A stretch of DNA of 61,348 nucleotides, the filler included, from Theionarchaea archaeon (GTDB taxonomy: Archaea > Methanobacteriota_B > Thermococci > Methanofastidiosales > SZ-28-30): the NCBI GenBank assembly GCA_018992565.1. It is 3 parts of 3 records of this genome, joined end to end, with 100 filler letters (N's around TTAATTAATTAA, not from the genome) between each part and the next. Parts side by side here need not be neighbours in the genome. Positions count along the whole stretch, not along the records: positions 41,295 to 61,348 come from JACVGW010000052.1; 2 more parts are not named here. One strand, given 5' to 3'. Below the pieces are notes generated by a model. That model was not told the origin of the DNA. It saw only the letters and a list, made by a program, of their open reading frames with translations, and did no database searches. The position numbers and the translations under genes are program-made. Of the stretch, positions 61,299 through 61,348 are shown piece by piece (positions within the stretch are counted from its first letter, which is position 1; each line of letters begins with the position of its first letter).

Positions 61299-61348
61299 TA
61301 ATAATCATAAGCATTTAGCAATGAATCAGAACTCAAATCCAAAATAAT

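Noticed and set aside
1..61348. tRNA, rRNA, transposase/integrase, CRISPR-Cas, and Sec/Pyl read-through
   Set aside because: None recognised by eye; a tRNAscan-SE/Infernal run is needed to exclude them formally.

Overview
Archaeal scaffold with five 100-N gaps. Two of the gaps contain an artificial TTAATTAATTAA linker, so gene adjacency across 20982-21081 and 41195-41294 is not trustworthy. The gene content (aIF2-gamma, L7Ae, HMf-type histone, class I LysRS, SepF, PAN, Mer, IPK/Fni/GGR lipid enzymes, GcvT/H) points to an anaerobic euryarchaeote, possibly an uncultured Thermococci-affiliated lineage such as Theionarchaea (inference). The window holds the conserved rpl7ae-rps28e-rpl24e-ndk-infB-rps6e-eif2g-PIN operon, many housekeeping genes, an arsenic-resistance-like cluster, a reductive-dehalogenase-like gene, an orphan PAS/GAF histidine kinase and three very large secreted or surface proteins. 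Reading the DNA directly adds features missing from the ORF track. (1) A complete C/D-box sRNA in the mer leader whose D guide predicts 16S Cm1402. (2) A kink-turn leader on rpl7ae. (3) Seven unannotated small or partial genes, including a ribbon-helix-helix protein and a 32-aa peptide. (4) Two families of repeated cis-elements that link the surface-protein genes: a 37-bp near-identical promoter at three loci, and an ACTAY-N4-ATAGT palindrome with a spacing-conserved duplicated promoter. The best candidate for an undescribed system is this co-regulated cell-surface module. It comprises a wHTH gene, a ~2160-aa single-pass surface protein whose acidic cytoplasmic tail carries a repeated short motif, a KaiC-like protein lacking the Walker A lysine, an RHH protein, and secreted proteins that end in a shared helical domain instead of a membrane anchor.
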